NCBI GenBank assembly: GCA_030704615.1
Contig: CM060733.1
Location: 50,282,001-50,346,000 of the forward strand
DNA from: Takakia lepidozioides
Taxonomy: Eukaryota > Plantae > Bryophyta
Length of the DNA stretch: 64,000 nucleotides
Reading direction: 5' to 3'
Positions 37,355 through 52,005 of this stretch are shown here, one piece after another. The position numbers and the translations under genes were made by a program. Within the stretch, counting starts at the first letter, position 1, and every line of letters starts with the position of its first letter. The notes under the pieces were generated by a model that saw only the letters and a program-made list of their open reading frames with translations, was not told the DNA's origin and ran no database searches.

Positions 37355-38010
37355 GAGGGATGGAACGCGATGATCGCAGGATATGCAGGGATGTGGGATG
37401 GAGGCGTTGAGCAAATGATGCAGGAAGGAGGAGAGGAAGAGGAGATGGGACGAGGAGAAGCTCGCAACATTCTTGCGAGCTCGCCGTTCTTGGGAGAGTT
37501 AGCTTGGTCTTAGCAGGGCGTGTTTTCAATCTCTGCCTACTCAGCTGCACCATGGTGGTTCGATCTCACAGACCAATCCGACATTACCTGACTACAGACA
37601 CAAGCAGCACACACAAGAGGTCCTTTTGGGTTGATGGTCGGTCAAGTCAGGACACAAGCTCAAGGACAATGTGGTGAGGGCATCTTCTTCTTTGACCTAT
37701 TTCAGCCTGTTTTGCCCTCTCACATCATGTTTGTGTGCATTGCAATGCTTGTGCAAGCCTGGCAGCCCTTGACAAGGGCAAAGAGGTGCATGGGGATATC
37801 ATCAAAGCTGGAATTGTACCTAATGTCATTCTAAACACTGCCCTGGCAGCTCTGGAAAAGGGGAATGAGGTCCGTGGTGACATCTTCAGAGCTGGAATTG
37901 TACCAAATGTCATTCTGAACAATACCCTAGTGGACATGTATGCAAAATGTGGGTGCATCGAGGATGCAAAGGGAGTGTTCAACACTATGGCTGAACGAGA
38001 TGTGGTGTGT
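37355..38010 (+). pseudogene. PLS-type PPR fragments
   Basis: WNAMIAGYA; NACASLAALDKGKEVHGDIIKAG; LNNTLVDMYAKCGCIEDAKGVFNTMAERDVV. Confidence 0.85.
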
Positions 38011-39293
38011 CAACCATTAATGCACCCCATTAACAGTTGCATACTTAATTTAGGGTTCGTGTTAGACAGAGCTAGGTTAGGTCCCGAAGGCGCCGCCTAG
38101 CCCCGAGGGTGCTGCTAGTGTGGATTATAATTTTTCTATGTTATAGGTGTTTTGCGTTTGTAATTTGTAACCAACAGTTAGTACTAACTCACTGACGTAT
38201 TTACGAAAACAATAGTCCAGGAATAAGCAATGGGAATGTATAATTACCCTTGGTATAAGGGTTATGGTTATTTTAGATGAGAGATATCTAGTGTAAATAT
38301 TAATTATTCAGTAAACAACAACAAATTAATTTCAATTAATCAACTTTAGTATTTCTTTTCTTTTTGAATAACTTTATGTATATGTTCAAAGGGTAGAGGT
38401 ACTGATTTATCTAGTTTTTACTAGTACCCATTAATCTAGGTGAGTCAAGAATATATAATTAATTAGACCATTCTGAGGAAAGGTCCAACTTATTATAACC
38501 AAAAATAAAAGAAGATAGTCAAAACTAACTATAGGAAGTAGTGTGGCTGGCAGCTATTGGGAATTGAAACCCCAACCTCAAATGTGCAAACGCAATCTCT
38601 AACCAATAAGTCCCTCAAGTTATATTCAATAATGACTCGTCTATCTAAGTACTTATAGGGCTATTACAAAGGTTTTGAACAGATGAACTAAAATATATAA
38701 ATTACGGCCTGCAGGAGTTGAACCCCCAAACCACGAGGGTGTAGACTACCGGACTAACCATCAAACTAATATAGAGATGTTGTGTGGTTGCTTTTAGTTA
38801 CTAGGGCTTCGCGTTGCTCCACACTACTAGCGACGAATTCTGAGAACTACGTTCAATTTTTCAGAAAAAAGGGGTGGGTCATCCCCACTGTGTTACATGC
38901 ATAGATCCTGTGTTTTGTTTTTCTCTGGAAAAAAAATGGCGGATCTGCATTTGAATGTTCAATTTTCACAAGTCGCATCAATCAATAACAACATACCCAA
39001 ATACCCTTACATTCACTATATGAACTTTCAAGCATCCACCGTGGGATTGGATCTTGGTGGCTTAACGCTAGCTTTTGACAATAATCATGTATGTTCATCA
39101 AGGGCTCCATCCAAAGCCACACCACGAGAAACAAACAAACATCTCTAAATTTAGGATGCTGAACAAACTCGTGCACAGGGCTGCCCTTCTCATCAAGCTC
39201 ATTAAAATTCGTATTCACTTCCATCTTCAAGCTTTGGAGAAGCTCCACCACCCAAACCCAGAATTAGGACAACACTCTGATTTCCATCCACTG

Positions 39294-39690
39294 TCACCAG
39301 ACACTAGCATCTTTCCAAGAAAACATCCTATCACCACAAGAACAAATCCCATCTTCAAAGTGGTGGAAAGCAGGATCTGAGATTGTAGTGCACCCTGCAT
39401 TAGAGTATCCATATTTATTTTCTGAAGCACTAAGTATATCATGAGGAGCCTCAGGTGGTCCAGTGGTCTCTCTTTTATTTCTCCTTCCCAAGTTTGGTCT
39501 TTCTGCTTTCTCTATGCACTTCATAGTTGCCAGTATCACAGTCCAGTGCTGGAATCACCATTACATTGTCCATACAGACTCTACATTGCAGACTACATTC
39601 TTGCAATACATTCTCAGATCAGTTGCACTCCATCCGTTCAACAAGGGAAAAAGAAGCAGCCGACCAAGGCTTTTCACTGCAGAATATAAT
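39294..39690 (-). pseudogene. Very degenerate DYW deaminase-domain remnant
   Basis: SEK...RVCMD...FHHFEDGICSCGD across frames. Confidence 0.5.
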
Positions 39691-39828
39691 ACACATTAGG
39701 TGCCAATGACAGAATTTGTGTAGCAATAAATTATGTACCTAGAAGTAATGGTTGTTGCTATGATTGAGGCATGACAAGTAACTGCCACCTTTATCGCTTC
39801 ATTAATCTCTGGATTCCCCACTGATAGA

Positions 39829-40710
39829 TGTTAGAGGACTATCTAGGACTTAGGCACTTTTACAGGATCTGTGGGGTACCCTTAATTTTTCCACATACTG
39901 AGACCAACAGGAGCCTTAGGGGTGACAACAGCGCACTTTAGGAGGGGGTTACACAGCCCGTCACAATCGCACAGCCAGTCACAGCCCGACACAGCCGGTC
40001 AGAGCCGGTCACAGTTTCACACGGCCAGTCACAGCTTGACACAGCTGTCACGACCATAGGGAACGGATAGCAGGACAGGGAACGACTGTGGGGAACAACA
40101 TCTGCGAATGGAACATGTTAGTTCACGGATGACGGTTAGTGAGGGAAACGGTTAGAACAACGGCTAGGAAGATAAAGCCAGGAGCAAAGACTGGAAAGGG
40201 ATCAATTCTGGGGGAGCACTTCTGGGGGGGACTTCGGACATCACTGGGGGGAAATGAGGCAGAGAGCACATCTCTGAGCAGAAAGAGGGAGAGCACGGAG
40301 TAGGAGGATGACGATCTGTTGATGCTTGATGAATGCAAGCAGTAGAGTTGTAATGTAGAGCAGATTAGAGACTCCATGGCTTCAGCCTGATACTTGATAG
40401 ATATTAATTTGATACATACTTCATACTCACACTGTGTAGAGAGATCTGAGTGAAGCTGTGGAATGAATGGATGAGTTGATGGAATCCGATAGATTGACGA
40501 AGCAAACTGATACTTAATTACCAACAGTAAGGTAACTAGCAAACATGAATGCGGGAAGGAAAACAAATAGGAAACACCCCCATGATACACTAGCTGTAGG
40601 TCATGACTGATTGTTCTGAGCGGGCTGAGTGCTTAGAGATTTCCAACTCTTCTATCTTGGAGTTTCTGCCTCGGATAGCGAAGGGATGGGTGAGTAAAAG
40701 CTGCGCGACA
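39829..40710 (+). repeat. 5' LTR (882 bp)
   Basis: TGTTAGAGG...GCGCGACA; highly similar to 52006-52981. Confidence 0.95.
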
Positions 40711-40739
40711 TTTGGCGACCATACTGGGGAACTGAGTCA

Positions 40740-41680
40740 TGAACAATCAGATGTGACAGGCATCTGGTGGGATCATGGTGGTTGGAGAATTAAAGAATTT
40801 GATGTGAATCAAATTCCTTGTGAAAATGAGAAGGAAAGATTGTCCAAACGATTCTTTCAGAGGTTCTTGGAATTGCCAGACGGTTGTAAAGAAAACATTC
40901 TTAAGAAAGTGCATGATGCTGACCCTGAATGGGGTCTGGAGAAAGGAGTGATAAAGATTTATCAGGTGGCCTGTAGAGGAACAGCACGTTGGTTACCAAC
41001 AGTGGTTTATGTGATAGCATTGCTATCCATTAAGCGAGTAGAGTTTGAAGGCTGGGAGGAAAGAAAGGTGAATGTTTTTACTCATATGCATGAAGAGCTT
41101 GTACTGGTAAAGAATTGGATTCCAAAGGATATTTTGTGGATCAAACTCACACCAAGAACAGCTTTCCAGACTTGTTTGCCATATGGTTATATTGTAACGG
41201 AGACTTCTAGTATAGCCAAGGGTGCATTGAAGCTTGAAAGAAACCCAGGCATATACGAGAGATATTACAGAAGAGAGTTTTGGTTATTGCCACATTAAAA
41301 AGAAATGAAAGACATGGGACTTGAGTGATGAAAGAGAAGCTAGACGCCAGAGATATTCAGCAAAAAGAGAAAGCTATCTGAAAGCTAATTATCCATATCT
41401 TTGGGAGATAGGAATAGACATAGGGGAATCATCTGGACCTCTCACACCATTAAGATCAGAGAGTACATCACCCATACCGGAAGAACTAGAGTTGGATGCC
41501 ACTCCTTCTTTTTCTTTGCAAGAAAGATTAAGGGAATTGGTACGGGAAGAAGATCAATCACAAGGTGAAAGATCTGAGGTACATCCCTGGATAAAAGATT
41601 TGACAGAAATCTTTGATAAGAGTTGGCATGGAACACCAAAAGCAGGAACTCCAGTTTCTGAAGCGGAAGGTGAAGAATGA
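40740..41680 (+). CDS. Extra ORF(s) upstream of gag, unknown function
   Basis: ORFs 40603-41298 and 41321-41680 lie between the LTR/PBS and gag. Confidence 0.45.
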
Positions 41681-41689
41681 GAAGAGGAT

Positions 41690-43650
41690 GTGGCAGTGCC
41701 AACGGAGAGTTCAGACTCTCCAACACCATTGCAATTGAGTTACATGAGTGAAGAAGAAACCCAAGGGCAGAACTTGGAGGATGAAAATAGAGAGAAGAAA
41801 TTGGAAGAGGAAGAGTATGAAGAAGTAGACCCAACAGCTGAGGTTGAGACTACAACCAGGACATCCCAACCCGTTGGACCTGGATCAAGTGGAGCACTTG
41901 GATCACAGGCCAACGAAGGTGTCGGCTCAGGGGGATCAGGCGGGCTGCCTGGATCTGGCTCTAGGGGGACAGGGAGTGTGGAAAGTAGTGCAACTGGAGC
42001 TGGGAATACTGTAAATATCGTGGGGCCAGTAGCAGGGAGTGCTCAAGGGCCACCACTTGGTGGAAGATCCACCACAACAACAACAGGTCCTGAAGGACCA
42101 GCACCAGCAAGGGTGCCAGCACCTGTCAGTGGGCAGAAAGTAGGGCCACAAATGGCGTTAGAACCAACACGGGCAAAACCACATTTTCCAATATATTCAG
42201 GAAAAGGGGATCCCGATGTACACATTAGCCAATTTGAGCACATGTGTATAGTGAACAATGAGAATGGCGATGATGCCAAGATGAGATTGTTTCCTTGTTC
42301 ACTTATCAAGAAAGCAAGTGAATGGTATGCAAGATTCCCAGATAATCATTTCCTAACCTGGAATGGCTTGAATACAACATTCCGAAATAGGTTCAGGACA
42401 AGTAAACTGAGGATGAAGTGTATGGAAGTTTACAACAGTTAAAGCAAAGGAAGCATGAAATTGTTGAGGAGTATATGGAAAAGATGGAATTGATGATGAA
42501 AAAGCTGGCTGCAGTACCAGCACCAGGTTTACAGAAGACTTGGTTTGTGAGTGGACTAAGACCAGAGTTGCAAAAGAAAGTGGATATGTTACCCCATAAT
42601 ACGGTGGATGAGGCATTTGAAACTGCAAACAGAATTGAGCAATTGGGAATGCTCAGGAGAGAGAAAATGGATGATGAGGACTCTGAGGATGAGTCAGATG
42701 AAGAAGAAGAGCAAGAACTGAAAAGGAAGAGAAAGAGAAAGGAGAAGTTGAAGAGGGATAACTATGAGAAAAGATTAGAAGAAATCTTGAAGAAGTATAC
42801 CACAGAGGCTGCAATACATTGGAGGAAGGGTGTTTGGTGTGCAAAGTGCCAGAATGAAGGCCATACCACCACTGAATGCCACATGAAGGAGAAACACTTT
42901 ACTATCTGTAAAATGGATAACCATTCTACTGAGAATTGTTACTACAACAGAAGGACAGCAGCTAGAGAACCTAGGCAAGTAAGGGTGCATCAAGTGCAGC
43001 CCCAGCCAAGAAGAAACAGTGATCAGGACCACTATGGTAGGCCTGGTGATTATAACAATGGCATGGATTGGAGAGGTAATTCAAGAGGGAATTACCAAGG
43101 AAATTCCAGAGGCAACTATCAAGGTAATCCAAGGGGGAATTACCAGCCCGGGAATGAGGATTACAGAAATAATCCAAGAACAGACCAAGGGCGAGGACCC
43201 AATGGTGAAGAACTCTGTTACTATTGTAATCAGCCAGGACATCGCAAGGCAGCCTCTTCATTCTGGATTAGACACCAGAATGAGATGAGAGCTCCTGTGA
43301 ATGAGGGCCCAGTGGTGGCAGCTCACATGGTTAGGCCATGTGTTGTACCAGAAGTAAGTACAATGATAGTAACAAGAAGCAAAGCCAAACTAATACCTCC
43401 AGTAGTTGAGGAAGAAGATGATAATGAAGGTGGCAGTGATATGCCTGAAGATAATGAGGCTTGGAGAGATGAGAAGGAACTGCACAAGGAAGTGGCAGAT
43501 ACCATAAGGGAAATGCAGAAGAGTACTGATATTCCTGTGGCAGATTCCTCTGATTCTGATGGAGAAGAAGAAGGGAGTGAGGATGAAAGGAAGAAAGAAG
43601 ATGCAGACATGCAAAGTAATGAAGGGACTTTGGCTGAAGTAATATGCTAG
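41690..43650 (+). pseudogene. gag (frameshifted; CCHC knuckles)
   Basis: FPIYSGKGDPDVHISQF...LFPCSL..ASEWY; LKQRKHE; CAKCQNEGHTTTEC; CYYCNQPGH. Confidence 0.9.
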
Positions 43651-43680
43651 ACCAAAGCGGAGATTACCATTGGACAGCTA

Positions 43681-46600
43681 TTGGCTGTGGCACCTTATTG
43701 TAGACACAGGCTGTATCAAGCAATCAATCGAATTGCCCTGGAGACAGGAAACACAGACCTGAATAGGAAGGTGACCAGTTATAATGTGAAGCCGGAAGGG
43801 CGAGAAACAGTCATGGAGTTTGATGATTCTATGCCAGTAATCCAATTGAGAATTGGAAGCACAGAACTAACTGATGTTCTTATAGATGGAGGCTCTGGAG
43901 TAAACATCATGACAGACCAATTAAGAAAGAAGCTTGGTCTAAGTAACATGAAACCAGCCCCATTTACAGTAACAATGGCAGATCAAAGGAGTGTACAGCC
44001 ATTGGGATTAATAAGAGGAGTTAAGATACAGATACAGAAGATGATCTTTATGATCACAGTAATTGTGTTGAAGATGGATGAAGTCATGGAGGCTTACTCC
44101 TTAATATTGGGACGTCCGTGGCTGAAACAGGCCAGGGTATTCCATGACTGGAATTCTCAGTTACTAACCGTGCATAATGGGATGCACGAGATACAAATTA
44201 CCACAAAGAAATCTAGTAGATTACCTGCTACGAGAAGACCTCGAGGGGTCAAAGAGTATGACTGGAGAGCAGGACTGGATGAGGAGCAGGAAGCTACCCT
44301 GTTTGCTGCACACCCAGAGTGGGAGCAGGTTGCAGAGATGCGGCTGGAATGCCTAAGTTGTTTAAGAGGTATCTGCTGTGGTGTAGTGTCAGCAACACCA
44401 ATTGAAGAGGAAACCAGCAGTTACCCATCACATTTCTATGAAGAAAGAGAAGGAGAAATGGAAATCCTAGAAGAACCAGCCACTGTGAGTTTACAGGATG
44501 AAGTGGTGACTGGTTGGACAATCACAGCTGATGAGCAGGTGAGGGAAGTGAATGTGGGAACTCAAGAGGAACCGAGGATGGTGAAGGTAGGAGCTGATTT
44601 GGAGCCAGAATTCTTTGAAGAAGCTAAGAGTTTGTTCATCAAATACAGAGATGTATTTGCTTGGAGCTATGAGGATCTAAAAGGGATACCACCTGAAATC
44701 TGTCAGCATAAGATTGAACTGGAACCAGGGTCAGTACCCATCAAGCAGGCAAGGTACAGAATGAATCCCAACTACGCACAGAAGGTTGGAGAAGAGATCA
44801 AGAAGTTGGCTGAGGCTAAGTTTATATACCCAATAGAGTATACAACTTGGTTGTCACCCATTGTGATAGTTCCCAAGAAGAATGGTAAACTAAGAGTTTG
44901 TGTGAACTACAAGAAGCTGAATGCTTGTACGAAGAAAGATCCTTTCCCTTTGCCATTCACAGAAGCAGTATTGGACACTGTGGCAGGCCATGAGATATAC
45001 TCATTCATGGATGGCTTCAGTGGTTATAATCAAGTGCAAGTGGCAGAAGAAGACCAAGGAAAGACAACTTTCATCACAGACTGGGGTGCTTATGCATACA
45101 AAGTCATGGCCTTTGGACTTTGTAATGCACCAACAACCTTTCAGAGAGTGATAAGTGAATCTTTTCATGAGTATCTGGATGATTTCATGCAGGTGTTCTT
45201 GGATGATTTCAGTGTGTACAGCTCTAAGAATGAGCACTTGCATAAATTGGAGTTATGTCTGGCCAGATGCAGGATGAGAGGTCTGGGCCTGAATCCAGAG
45301 AAGTGTACTTTCTATGTGAACTCAGGGGTGCTTCTGGGACACATTGTGTGTAGAGGGGACTTCTTGTGGATCCCACTAAAACAGAGGCCATTAAAGCCTC
45401 TCCACCACCAGTGAATGTTAAGAGTCTAAGGAGATTCCTTGGACAAACCAGCTATTACAGAAGATTTGTCAGACGGTATGCACAGATAGCAACACCATTG
45501 AGCAAACTTCTGAAGAAAGATGCAATGTTTGCATGGACACCTGAATGTCAACAGGCTTTTGAGGAACTTACATTGTCAGTAACAACTACACCTGTGCTGA
45601 TTAATCCTCACTGGCAGGAAATATTTCATGTTCACTGTGATGCTTCTGGAGAAGCACTAGGAGCAGTGTTAGCCCAAATGTTACAGGAAGGATAGATTCA
45701 CCTGTGTGCTATGCTAGCCGATTGATGAACAATGCCGAAAGAAATTATAGCACAACGGAAAGAGAAGCATTGGCAATGATCTATGCAGTGAAGAAATTCG
45801 GGCATTACCTGTTGGGCAAGAAGCTTATGTTCTATGTGGATCACCAGGCTCTGATATACTTGGTAAACAAACCTCTGATAAGCGGAAGAATAGCAAGATG
45901 GTTGATAATCTTGCACGAGTTTGAGTTCGAGGTTGTTTACAAGCCTGGGAGGCTGCATCTTGTGGCGGATCACTTGTCAAGGTTATCAACAGGAGAACCA
46001 GCCACGGGAGTAGATGATCAATTACCAGATGCGAGTCTATTTGCAGTGGAGGTGCAGGGAAGTGCAGATGACTGGTTAGATTGGCAGTGGCCAATCAGAT
46101 ACTACCTTGTTCATGGTCAGTGCCCACCAAGTTATGGAAAGGAGCAGAGAAAGAGAATTGCTATCAAGGCTCTACCTTACACTATGGTAGGGAGTAGAAT
46201 GTATAAGCTAGGACCAGATGGAGTGCTGAAACGATGCTTATACCACCATGAAGTTAATAAAGTTTTGGAGGAAGTTCATAAAGGAGTGGCAGGAGGTCAT
46301 TTTGGAGAAGAGACTACCAGCAGGAAGATACTACAAGCAGGTTACTGGTGGCCTACTTTGTTCAAAGATGTACACAAGTATTGTCAGAGTTGTGATGAAT
46401 GTCAGAGGCTAGGACCTTTGCAGAGATCTAGGAAGATGGCTTTGCATCCTACAATGCCTACGGAACCATTTCAGAAATGGGGACTAGACTTTGTTGGACG
46501 AATTAACCCACCAGCCAAGAATACACGGAACAGGTACATAATTACAGCCACTGATTATACTACAAAGTGGGTGGAAGCTAAAGCTTTGAGGGACAACACA

Positions 46601-47320
46601 GCCAAGTCCACAGCAAGGTTCCTGTATGAGAACATACTTACACGATTTGGCTGTCCCTTGGAATTTATCAGTGATCAGGGAAGTCACTTCATTAATGAGA
46701 CCATTGAATTATTGACTAAAGAGTTCATGATTGTGCATAGGAAAAGTACAACATATTACCCACAGGGTAATGGACAGGCAAAGGCTACCAACAAAATACT
46801 ATGTACTATCTTGGCTAAGATAGTCAATGCAAACAGAACGAATTGGGATACAAAGCTGCTGACAGCTTTGTGGTCATACAGGACTTCGTATAAAGTCACC
46901 ACTAAGTATACACCATTCCAATTAGTTTATGGTATGGAAGCTTTACTTCCAGTGGAATTCCTGTTACCTACCATGAGAACGGAATGGGGAAAAAGAATGG
47001 AATTGCAAGATTCAATTAAGGTCAGGAAACATGAATTATACCATGTGGAAGAAGTACGTGCTGATGCAGCTGATAACATGACCAGAATTCAGATGAAGAG
47101 AAAGGAATAGTTCGATGAAGGCAAGATAAAGAATTTTAAGACGGGAGATTTGGTTCTCTGGTTGCAGAAGAAGGGAAAGATTAAAGCTTCTAAGTTTAAA
47201 TCACCATGGAAAGGACCTTACGTCATACAGCAGACAATGATAACAACACCGCCATGTTACAAACCATTAACAAAGAGATGCTGGGAAGAGTCAATGCCAA
47301 TAAGTTGAAGGGGTACAGTG
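43681..47320 (+). pseudogene. pol: protease-RT-RNase H-integrase (frameshift and stops)
   Basis: VLIDGGSGVN; MDGFSGYNQ, FLDD; HCDASG, TEREALA; GGHFG...CDEC, WGLDFVG, SDQGSHF, YPQGNGQA. Confidence 0.95.
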
Positions 47321-47460
47321 GTATCCATGACAAACCATTGCAGCATGATTTGCATGTTGAAACGCAAAAGCAGTCACGGGCTGCGCCGGTGATACCAACG
47401 GAGTATGGAGCACTTGTCGCTAAGCCGAGCATATATGACCAGGGCGGGCAGAACAATAGC

Positions 47461-47730
47461 GACACAGCCTATCACAGCCCATCACGGCGTGACACAGCCT
47501 ATCACAGCCCAGCACGACGCGACACAGCCTATCACAGCCCAGCACGGCGCGACACAGCCTATCACAGCCCAGCAAGGCGCGACACAGCCTATCACAGCCC
47601 GGCACGGCGCGACACAGCCTATCACAAACTATCACAACGTGTCACAGCCTATCACATCTTACCATAGTGCAACACAGCCTATCACATCGTACCATAGTAT
47701 TACACAGCCTGTCACAGCTCAACACAGCCT
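47461..47730 (+). repeat. 30-bp tandem repeat, about 9 copies, degenerating at the 3' end
   Basis: GACACAGCCTATCACAGCCCAGCACGGCGC. Confidence 0.9.
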
Positions 47731-48440
47731 ACTAGGGTTACACAATCCATAGAATCAGTGACAGGTGGACGCATGATAACTTCAGGGAAATGGCCGGCGG
47801 AAGAAAGGACGGAAGCCAGTTTAGAAATGGACACGTGGAAGTCAGGGCGCAACACACAGCTGAGAATGAAGTGCAAGAACAGGTGTCATCAAGAAAGAGG
47901 ACAAGAATGGCCGTCAAAATACCTACTTAGCACGTCAATTCGGATGAATGGCGGGCCCATTAATGAATACGGAAAAGGGCAACAGAACAGACGGCAAGTA
48001 CAGAAAAGCAAAATTCTTGTCACATGTGTTATCCTAGTGGACAGTCCAACAGGGAAAGTCCACTAAAGAAAATTAAATCTAAAATCCAGTCACAGCGGTT
48101 ACAGCCAATCGAAAGCCAGAAAAGGGATCAAGAAATTAGAGGGAATTTAAGCGCAAGAGTCGGCGTCGTTCTAAGTAACGGGCGTCTCGACGGGACAAAC
48201 CATCAATGCTATAGCTTTGAAGCTATGGAGGAACTAACAAACTATACGCTCGCAATATTACTTACGCAGTGGCATAGGGACAGAAGAATAGAGCGAATCT
48301 TTTCTCTTAATCGATGCTTGCAAGCCCCGCAGGCTTACAAGAAATTACCCATAGCTTTTTGTGGCAACCATACGTTTATGCTTTGTGCCCTGCAGGCATT
48401 TCTTCAATTGTTACAGCCAAAACCTTTCTGTGGGTCTAGA

Positions 48441-51400
48441 ATGAAGAGAGTGAGAGGAATGGAAGAAATCAGGATGAAGAGCACCACAATCCTGCAGAAA
48501 CAAATGATTGCTACTCCACAGGCGGTAAAGTTACTGAAGGAGCTGCGATTGGAAGGATTGCAAAGCAAAGATTGGACATTGCACCATAGACAGTACATGT
48601 TACAATTCTTGCAAAACTTTGAGCCTAGGACAGGAGCAACAACGGTGAAGGGAGTTGAATTAGAAATTACTCCCCTATACCTACAGCAATTGTTTCGAGG
48701 AGCACAGGGCAAGACTGCAAATAGGGGACTTATTCCAAGAAGGGAGTTTCTTTAAAACTCAGGGTTATGCTTGTACCAAGACCGTGTACCAAGGCCTAAG
48801 GGAGGTAGGCCAAGTATTGAACGTTCTGTTTGCCATGAAACAAAACCAACAATATTTGAGCAGATCCTTCACAGAGGAAATACTCAAAGCCCTGAGAGGA
48901 GAAGAGGTAGAATGGGCGGACATAATGTACAACGCACTGGTAGAGGAGATGAAAAGATTACAGGGCACTGCCGCAAAGTCTCCTATCATAGTGTCTGGCC
49001 CAATCATTGCTCAAATAATTCTTGATTCTGGCATACTTGATGCTCGAGAAAAAAAGGAGATGGGAGTGTTTGAGATTGAAACCATTGCAATGGAAGAGCA
49101 AGGCTCTTCACACAGTGAGGGTGGACTGGCAGGGCAACCCCAGACTAAGAGACCGAGACGGGGAAAGACTGTAGTGGCGGATCCACTGGCTTCACGGAAA
49201 CCGCATGATAATGTTTCCTAAGCTCTTGTGCAGGAAGGGGCACAGCAGCACAGAGAACTGCTATTATTAGAAGCGGGACCTTCAGAGAGGGAAGAGGAAG
49301 TTACTTCACTATCACAGCCATCACAGCCAGATGATCGGCTTGTCACAGAGTTACCACAAGTTGTCCATGCAGTTCCACCAGAAATAATTGATTTGGAGAA
49401 AGAAGGGTTAGATATTCCCACTACAGAACAGGTGGTGGCAGAAATTGAGAAGGGGGACCTTCTCTATGAATATTCTGGTCTGGTCAAGGACACAGTGATT
49501 CCGGAGGTGCAATGGTTGTACAAGGGAAACCCTGCGGTGCAAATAATACACACACCTGTGACAGAGGTACCACAGGTAGAATGTCAAGACACTGCAGCAC
49601 CGGAGACGGATGTAATGGTTCAGGAAGAAAATCTGGTAGGGCAATGGCCTGAGTGGTTCGTGAGGCATCACACTGTTGAGGATCAGGGAGAACAGCAGCA
49701 AGCTCACCATGATGACCCTCAACAGGCCATGCTTATGAGTTCCATAAGCAGGACACTTAATTTGTTGGGTACTTATGTCAAATCCCATGTTCCAACTACC
49801 CAATTGGCAGCTTTGAGGGAGGAACTCAGGAAGGAGTTTGAGGCTCGACTTGCCACTGAGTGTGCAAACAAGGTCGATGAAGAGGTCACTCTCAAGATGC
49901 AGCAAGACTTAGAGAGTACAGAAGCGGCTTTGCAATTGGCCAAGGAACAATTGATTGAGGCAGGCCTCGCGCAAGACCAGTTGCACGAAGCACATAAGCA
50001 ACAACTATACCAAATGCAGGTGAAACATGAAAGCAAGTTGCAAGAAGTGAATGCACTACATACGGAGTTGCAGATAGTGCATGACAGGATGGCCATACAA
50101 TGTGCTACACTCACAACTATGCTTGACCAAGCTACAATAGAAATAAACAGTCAAGCGGAAAGATGTACAAAGGCAGAGACAGAGAATGTTGAGCAAGCGA
50201 AACTCATTGTCGGTATGAAGAATACAATCTGTCGCAATGAGAATACCTTCAAGCAATACAGGCAGGTTGAAGCTGACCAAGAGAGGTACATCCTGGAATT
50301 GCAACAAACGCTCATGTCCAATAGAAATGAACTCTCTGTGGCTAACAAGGCTTGGAAGGAAGCCAATAATCTGGCTGCTGCATATGCGAATTTGGTTGAA
50401 CCTCATGCGAAGCGCATGGAGGCTTTACAGCAGCAGATAGATGTGTACAGGCTCACAGAGGAGCAGACTCTCAGGGGTGCCACAAGCAACTTGGTGGATA
50501 ACCACCTTATGCAGGTCTGGTTAGCACAAGGGGGAGGGCAAAGCACTACGAAAGCTCACCCAAAGCGAGATGAATGAGCTCAGACTGCAAGTGCAGAACA
50601 TTGCCACAACTACTATAGACAATGTCTATAGTAGAATAGCGGAGCTACAAGAGGATGTAGACGGCCTGCAGACTCAGGTAGAGGACCTGACATCAAATAC
50701 TGACAAGAGAGTCTTTGTACCTGAGGAGCAACTGATGGCTTCTTATTTACAAGCGAGAACTTTGGCTTTTCAGTCTTCTTCACAGGGGGTGCAGGAGATG
50801 CCAATGGTACAAGAGCCAGTGCCACCAACACCACAATAAGTCACTGTGCCAGTAGCTGACCCTGTTGTTACTATAGCCACACCACAGCCACCACAACCTG
50901 AGGTATGGGGGAATGCTGCTTTTAACCCACCTAAAACTCCAGCTGCAAGGGAGTACAGTCGGGCTATGATTATGCCCTTCAACCAAATTCCCATTGTGTT
51001 GGATTTAGCTTGGAAAGAATTTAGTCCTCCACAGTCATTGGCACATTACTATCAAATCATGCGCATTTGGCTGCCAGTGGCCACTAAGACTAAAGTTCTT
51101 CCAAACAATCGACCAATTGAGGATCATCACTTTGCGCAGTACTGGCATGAGGCAAGTACCATGTTGAAGGAATTAATTACCTTCCAAGTTGTACATGGAT
51201 TCATTTATACCAAGACCAAAGAGATAGCAAGTATTGTCATGGGCTGCGGGTTATACTACGCTACTTGTTTTCTGGTACGTTATCACATTGAGCAACAGAA
51301 GATGCAAACGCGCTTTCTGAATTATTCCAGTGGGGATCATTGGGTCTTACCTTCAGTGCCACCTCATATGTACCTATATGAGGCAAAAGTTATGATGCAA

Positions 51401-51967
51401 AAGGATTCTCAGATTCGTTCATGGTTTCATGTGGCCTGGAACAATTTGTCAACACAGAAATTCGGGCCTGACGATATTTTCTTTAAGGGACATGAGGCAT
51501 GGAAATATTTGCACAATTCACAAGTCATTGGTACACCACTCACCTGGACAGACAAGGAGCTCAGGGTCTTCACCAATTTTGCAATTCAGCGCTTACAACA
51601 AGTTTTACAATTTAAACTTGCAGACATGGTGGGACAACATTGTATGCCCCAGAGAATTCCAGTTAAAGTTCAACAGTTAAAACACCTCAGGGGGGATGAG
51701 GATTCTGATACAACTGTTTCTTCAACGGACTCTTTTGACATGGCAGAGGACTATGCAATTCAGATGGCAGAGAAGAAGCAAAGGGGGTCTCCTATGCCTG
51801 AAAGATTACCTCGATATCAGCCTCCAGAGGGACTGACATATCCAGGTAGTGTTCAATCATCTCCCTCAACCAGTGACAGAACACGGGCTCGCACACGGAG
51901 TCCTTCACGAGACTCTCAACGTCACAAGGGTGCTTGCTCACAAAGGTTTACAAATCCCAAACAGTAA
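48441..51967 (+). pseudogene. Long extra 3' ORF (~1170 codons when repaired) with coiled-coil
   Basis: ORFs 48024-48755, 48784-49221, 49228-50577, 50570-50839 and 50846-51967 abut through two in-frame TAA stops and two frameshifts. Confidence 0.7.
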
Positions 51968-52005
51968 ACCGTGAGGACACGACTTTTTGAGAGGGAAAGG
52001 GGTAA

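Noticed and set aside
38080-38120. Helitron 3' end (GC-rich stretch plus CTAGT)
   Set aside because: The hairpin is weak and no 5' end was identified.
40123-40590. 155-aa ORF and its twin at 52475-52861
   Set aside because: Antisense frames inside the two LTRs; their identity only reflects LTR duplication.
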